Shown here: piece by piece, positions 18,701 through 20,000 of the stretch
How positions within the stretch are numbered: the first letter of the stretch is position 1
Layout of the letters: the number at the start of each line of letters is the position of its first letter
Notes under the pieces: generated by a model
Database searches by the model: none
What the model was told of the DNA's origin: nothing
What the model saw: only the letters and a program-made list of their open reading frames with translations
Assembly: GCA_008632985.1 (NCBI GenBank)
Contig: QPGO01000140.1
Location: 173,335 to 193,334, forward strand
Reading direction: 5' to 3'
DNA from: Psammoneis japonica
Lineage: Eukaryota
DNA length: 20,000 bases
Translations under genes and position numbers: made by a program

Positions 18701-20000
18701 ACGATGGCGCACCATGCACCTCAGGCCGGACAATGTCTTCTATCCCCACAACGCCTCTACAGCAAGGAACATGGCGTGACAGGAAAATGTGAGGGAGACG
18801 AGGACTCATTTCGAGTGCATGTTGATGGCGTCGGTTCGCTCAAGGTCGCGTGCGCGTCAAATCACTTGCCGGTTGCGTCTGTGACCAACGGGGTGGCACC
18901 CGCTCCTCAAGTCAATCTGTCTGTGTTGCACGAGGACAACCAGAACCTCACCACCGGTCAGAAGCTCCTTCAAGAATGGCACTTCAGGTTTGGTCACCTG
19001 AACATGCCACGCATCCAAGGCCTGCTTCGGGCCGAACCTTTTCTCCGACCCAAATTCAAGCATGCTTCGCGTTGCGACATTCCGCGGTGCGAGGTGTGCG
19101 AACATGCCAAAGGACATCGCCGAACCCTCAAGTCTGCCAAACATGCGGCTACTCCAGAGCGTGAGGGTGCTCTTCGAGCCGAGCATCTACGTCCAGGCCA
19201 AGCCGTCAGCGTGGATCACTTCGAATCCCGTCTCCTCGGCCGAACCTGCGACTCCTGCGGGAAGGCCTCGTCCCAGCAATACAAAGGAGGCTGCATTTTT
19301 GTGGATCATGCCTCCGGTTACCTGCACATTGAACACCAACTTGGTTTCTCTGCTGTGGAAACGGTGCGAGCGAAGCAAGCGTTTGAGAAGCACGCGATGG
19401 ACCACGGAGTCATCATCCAAGAATTTCTTGCCGATTCTGGCGCTTTCAAGGCCAATGCTTTTGTGCAACACATGCGACAGCACGAACAACGTCTACGTTT
19501 TTGCAGAACCAACGCCCACCATCAGAACGGCGTCGCAGAACGCGGCATTCGCTCCATCTCCAACATGGCGAGAGCGATGCTCCTCCACGCATCCATCCGT
19601 TGGAAGGGGGGCATGGACAGCTCTTTATGGCCTGTGGCCGTGTCTCATGCCGCGCACATTTGTGACGTGACTCCCAACGCTCAAGGCTGCTGCCCCGCGG
19701 ACATTTTTACCGGGACTGCTGCACCCCGACATCGTCTTCGCGACATCCACGTCTGGGGCTGTCCGGTCCATGTCCTTGATCCGAAACTTCAGGAAGGCAA
19801 GAAATTACCCCGCTGGCAACCCCGCACTCGTCGTGGTCTCTTCCTCGGCTTGAGCAGCATCCACTCCAGCGAGGTGCCCCTTGTGCTTAATCTTCAGACA
19901 GGAAGCGTCACTCCCCAGTGCCATGTCATGTTTGACGATCTCTTTGCTGCCGTCTCTTCGATCGCGAGGGAGAGTGAGCCGCCAAGCCACTGGGAAGAGT
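15737..20000 (+). CDS. Copia gag-pol polyprotein (gag, zinc knuckle, protease, integrase), open to the window edge but heavily missense-mutated and probably non-functional
   Basis: ATG at 15737 with no in-frame stop to 20000 (~1,421 codons; absent from the ORF track because it has no stop). Knuckle CHGCGKVGCTKRTC (16832). Protease TCDAGAS (18521). Integrase WHFRFGHLN..CEVC, SVDHFES, FLADSG, HQNGVAER, HVWGCPVHVLD and RRGLFLG. Confidence 0.9.
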   Translation, partial: MSMDPDTVKMFAEAFAKMQTSTNPPAIPTPLRGGIHHSHGVHLGGSALNNKCEQTDTRTHHFASQRRHPKAVDSVERSLRDQLASATTSKFNGQIESSNGSSAELDKGHFVKTIQDLIESHGQETFYHLKKVDGKVVCLFDHLHAFTVKDLEKECETRVAAAGDEGYDQCEIDDIGLSQLIVKSRITETFREKIETKFNHLKSYKDLPGSVSFMMALDACNASALVDVKAAKEKLNNLTLDNCPGEDCTELATEALRLLKIMQTDCASPVETGSTVLSKVSKTSSEFFNHQVFAKLDSIKRLERKCRLRDPAEVPKDADCADLGPVGLVGWITKTHGELISDEDWPALAAKLPESNLAKDNSEKHCHGCGKVGCTKRTCPTCKEQCKKDKKGTADKSKDDPPDVRKTNPSKKPPKPAWRFVHKGATVTDEKGTTWHWCDKCVNKETGKKGMHQGHSSAQHTGKPSVNTETTAAANLSAVSDPSSGIPFGPPEQTTSPPTADPSDPNELVYCGMWCAPVDDSLSSTPVTTTVSFTPAPSAERETAVAKPAPILVETVDPEDADDCSEHSDAHSSFDSLPSAIELFPACAMHEIQNPDVFYDTIATHVEGLSDDVLDDLVSGASILPFEDSYEHLPPSTQCRGFEFYDPEPQDVDCSVEEATPSSRLELFWNFLKLRVFWLFAVFWETVLHICCAPIPVLPRRTRRKAFIPTIHGFPSTWMVLTGAIMVWASVFNGQLPTCPFSNVPSRFSKASSQVCSIIEELDDKIVLDPGSLVECNKIKARQVLTEFVERDPDHHLSKKFTQLWENDVCSSPGRCIPPALEDLESHFDTCDSEEALGPLPTEPSHCFDVVEELSPDYFRFDELSTKFGFVDTTPWQDPVKLLQAATDGTEAHPTHTSMQVLTGQRSLAQLAADPQALLSLAHERHTVTCDAGASLAIAYDENDFVGPPTIPDGPLKLGGLANGLTIAGIGPVSWVFHDEDGSELVVKTMAHHAPQAGQCLLSPQRLYSKEHGVTGKCEGDEDSFRVHVDGVGSLKVACASNHLPVASVTNGVAPAPQVNLSVLHEDNQNLTTGQKLLQEWHFRFGHLNMPRIQGLLRAEPFLRPKFKHASRCDIPRCEVCEHAKGHRRTLKSAKHAATPEREGALRAEHLRPGQAVSVDHFESRLLGRTCDSCGKASSQQYKGGCIFVDHASGYLHIEHQLGFSAVETVRAKQAFEKHAMDHGVIIQEFLADSGAFKANAFVQHMRQHEQRLRFCRTNAHHQNGVAERGIRSISNMARAMLLHASIRWKGGMDSSLWPVAVSHAAHICDVTPNAQGCCPADIFTGTAAPRHRLRDIHVWGCPVHVLDPKLQEGKKLPRWQPRTRRGLFLGLSSIHSSEVPLVLNLQTGSVTPQCHVMFDDLFAAVSSIARESEPPSHWEE

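Larger units (their letters stand above)
15125..20000 (+). mobile_element. Ty1/copia LTR retrotransposon (CoDi-like), 3'-truncated by the window edge
   Basis: Candidate LTR, PBS and a single gag-protease-integrase ORF. Integrase follows protease directly with no intervening RT, which is the copia domain order. Confidence 0.92.

Noticed and set aside
15737..20000. Alternative genetic code or ADAR-type RNA editing as the cause of Tyr->Cys/His
   Set aside because: Host genes in the same window use Tyr normally. The changes cross codon boundaries (T|ACT->T|GCT) and occur as both A->G and T->C on the same strand, which editing of a single-stranded genomic RNA would not give.

Overview
Eukaryotic nuclear DNA, most likely a diatom (inferred from the CoDi-like copia element, compact genes and a short GT-AG intron). 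From left to right it holds: (1) a 5'-truncated CLC/YfeO-like anion channel gene; (2) a ~1,315-aa [FeFe]-hydrogenase with intact H-cluster motifs, fused to a flavodoxin plus FAD/NAD(P)H diflavin-reductase (CysJ/CPR-like) module and broken by two single-base frameshifts that look like assembly errors; (3) a minus-strand gene resembling the C-terminal part of RPAP2; (4) a ~5.5-kb intergenic block almost devoid of TpA (about 14 by manual count) and poor in CpG, which contains a decayed cellular RNA-dependent RNA polymerase (DLDGD) relic; (5) an RRP14/SURF6 gene with one intron; (6) a Ty1/copia LTR retrotransposon running off the right edge. The most striking signal is an apparent repeat-targeted, double-stranded TpA->TpG/CpA (A:T->G:C) hypermutation. 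In the copia gag-pol, expected Tyr, Ile, Thr and Val codons are replaced by Cys/His, Met/Thr, Ala and Ala at TA sites, including protease DTG->DAG, while neighbouring host genes are untouched. It looks like a RIP-like genome defence of opposite polarity. All counts are manual and approximate. Family consensus comparisons are from memory, not computed alignments.
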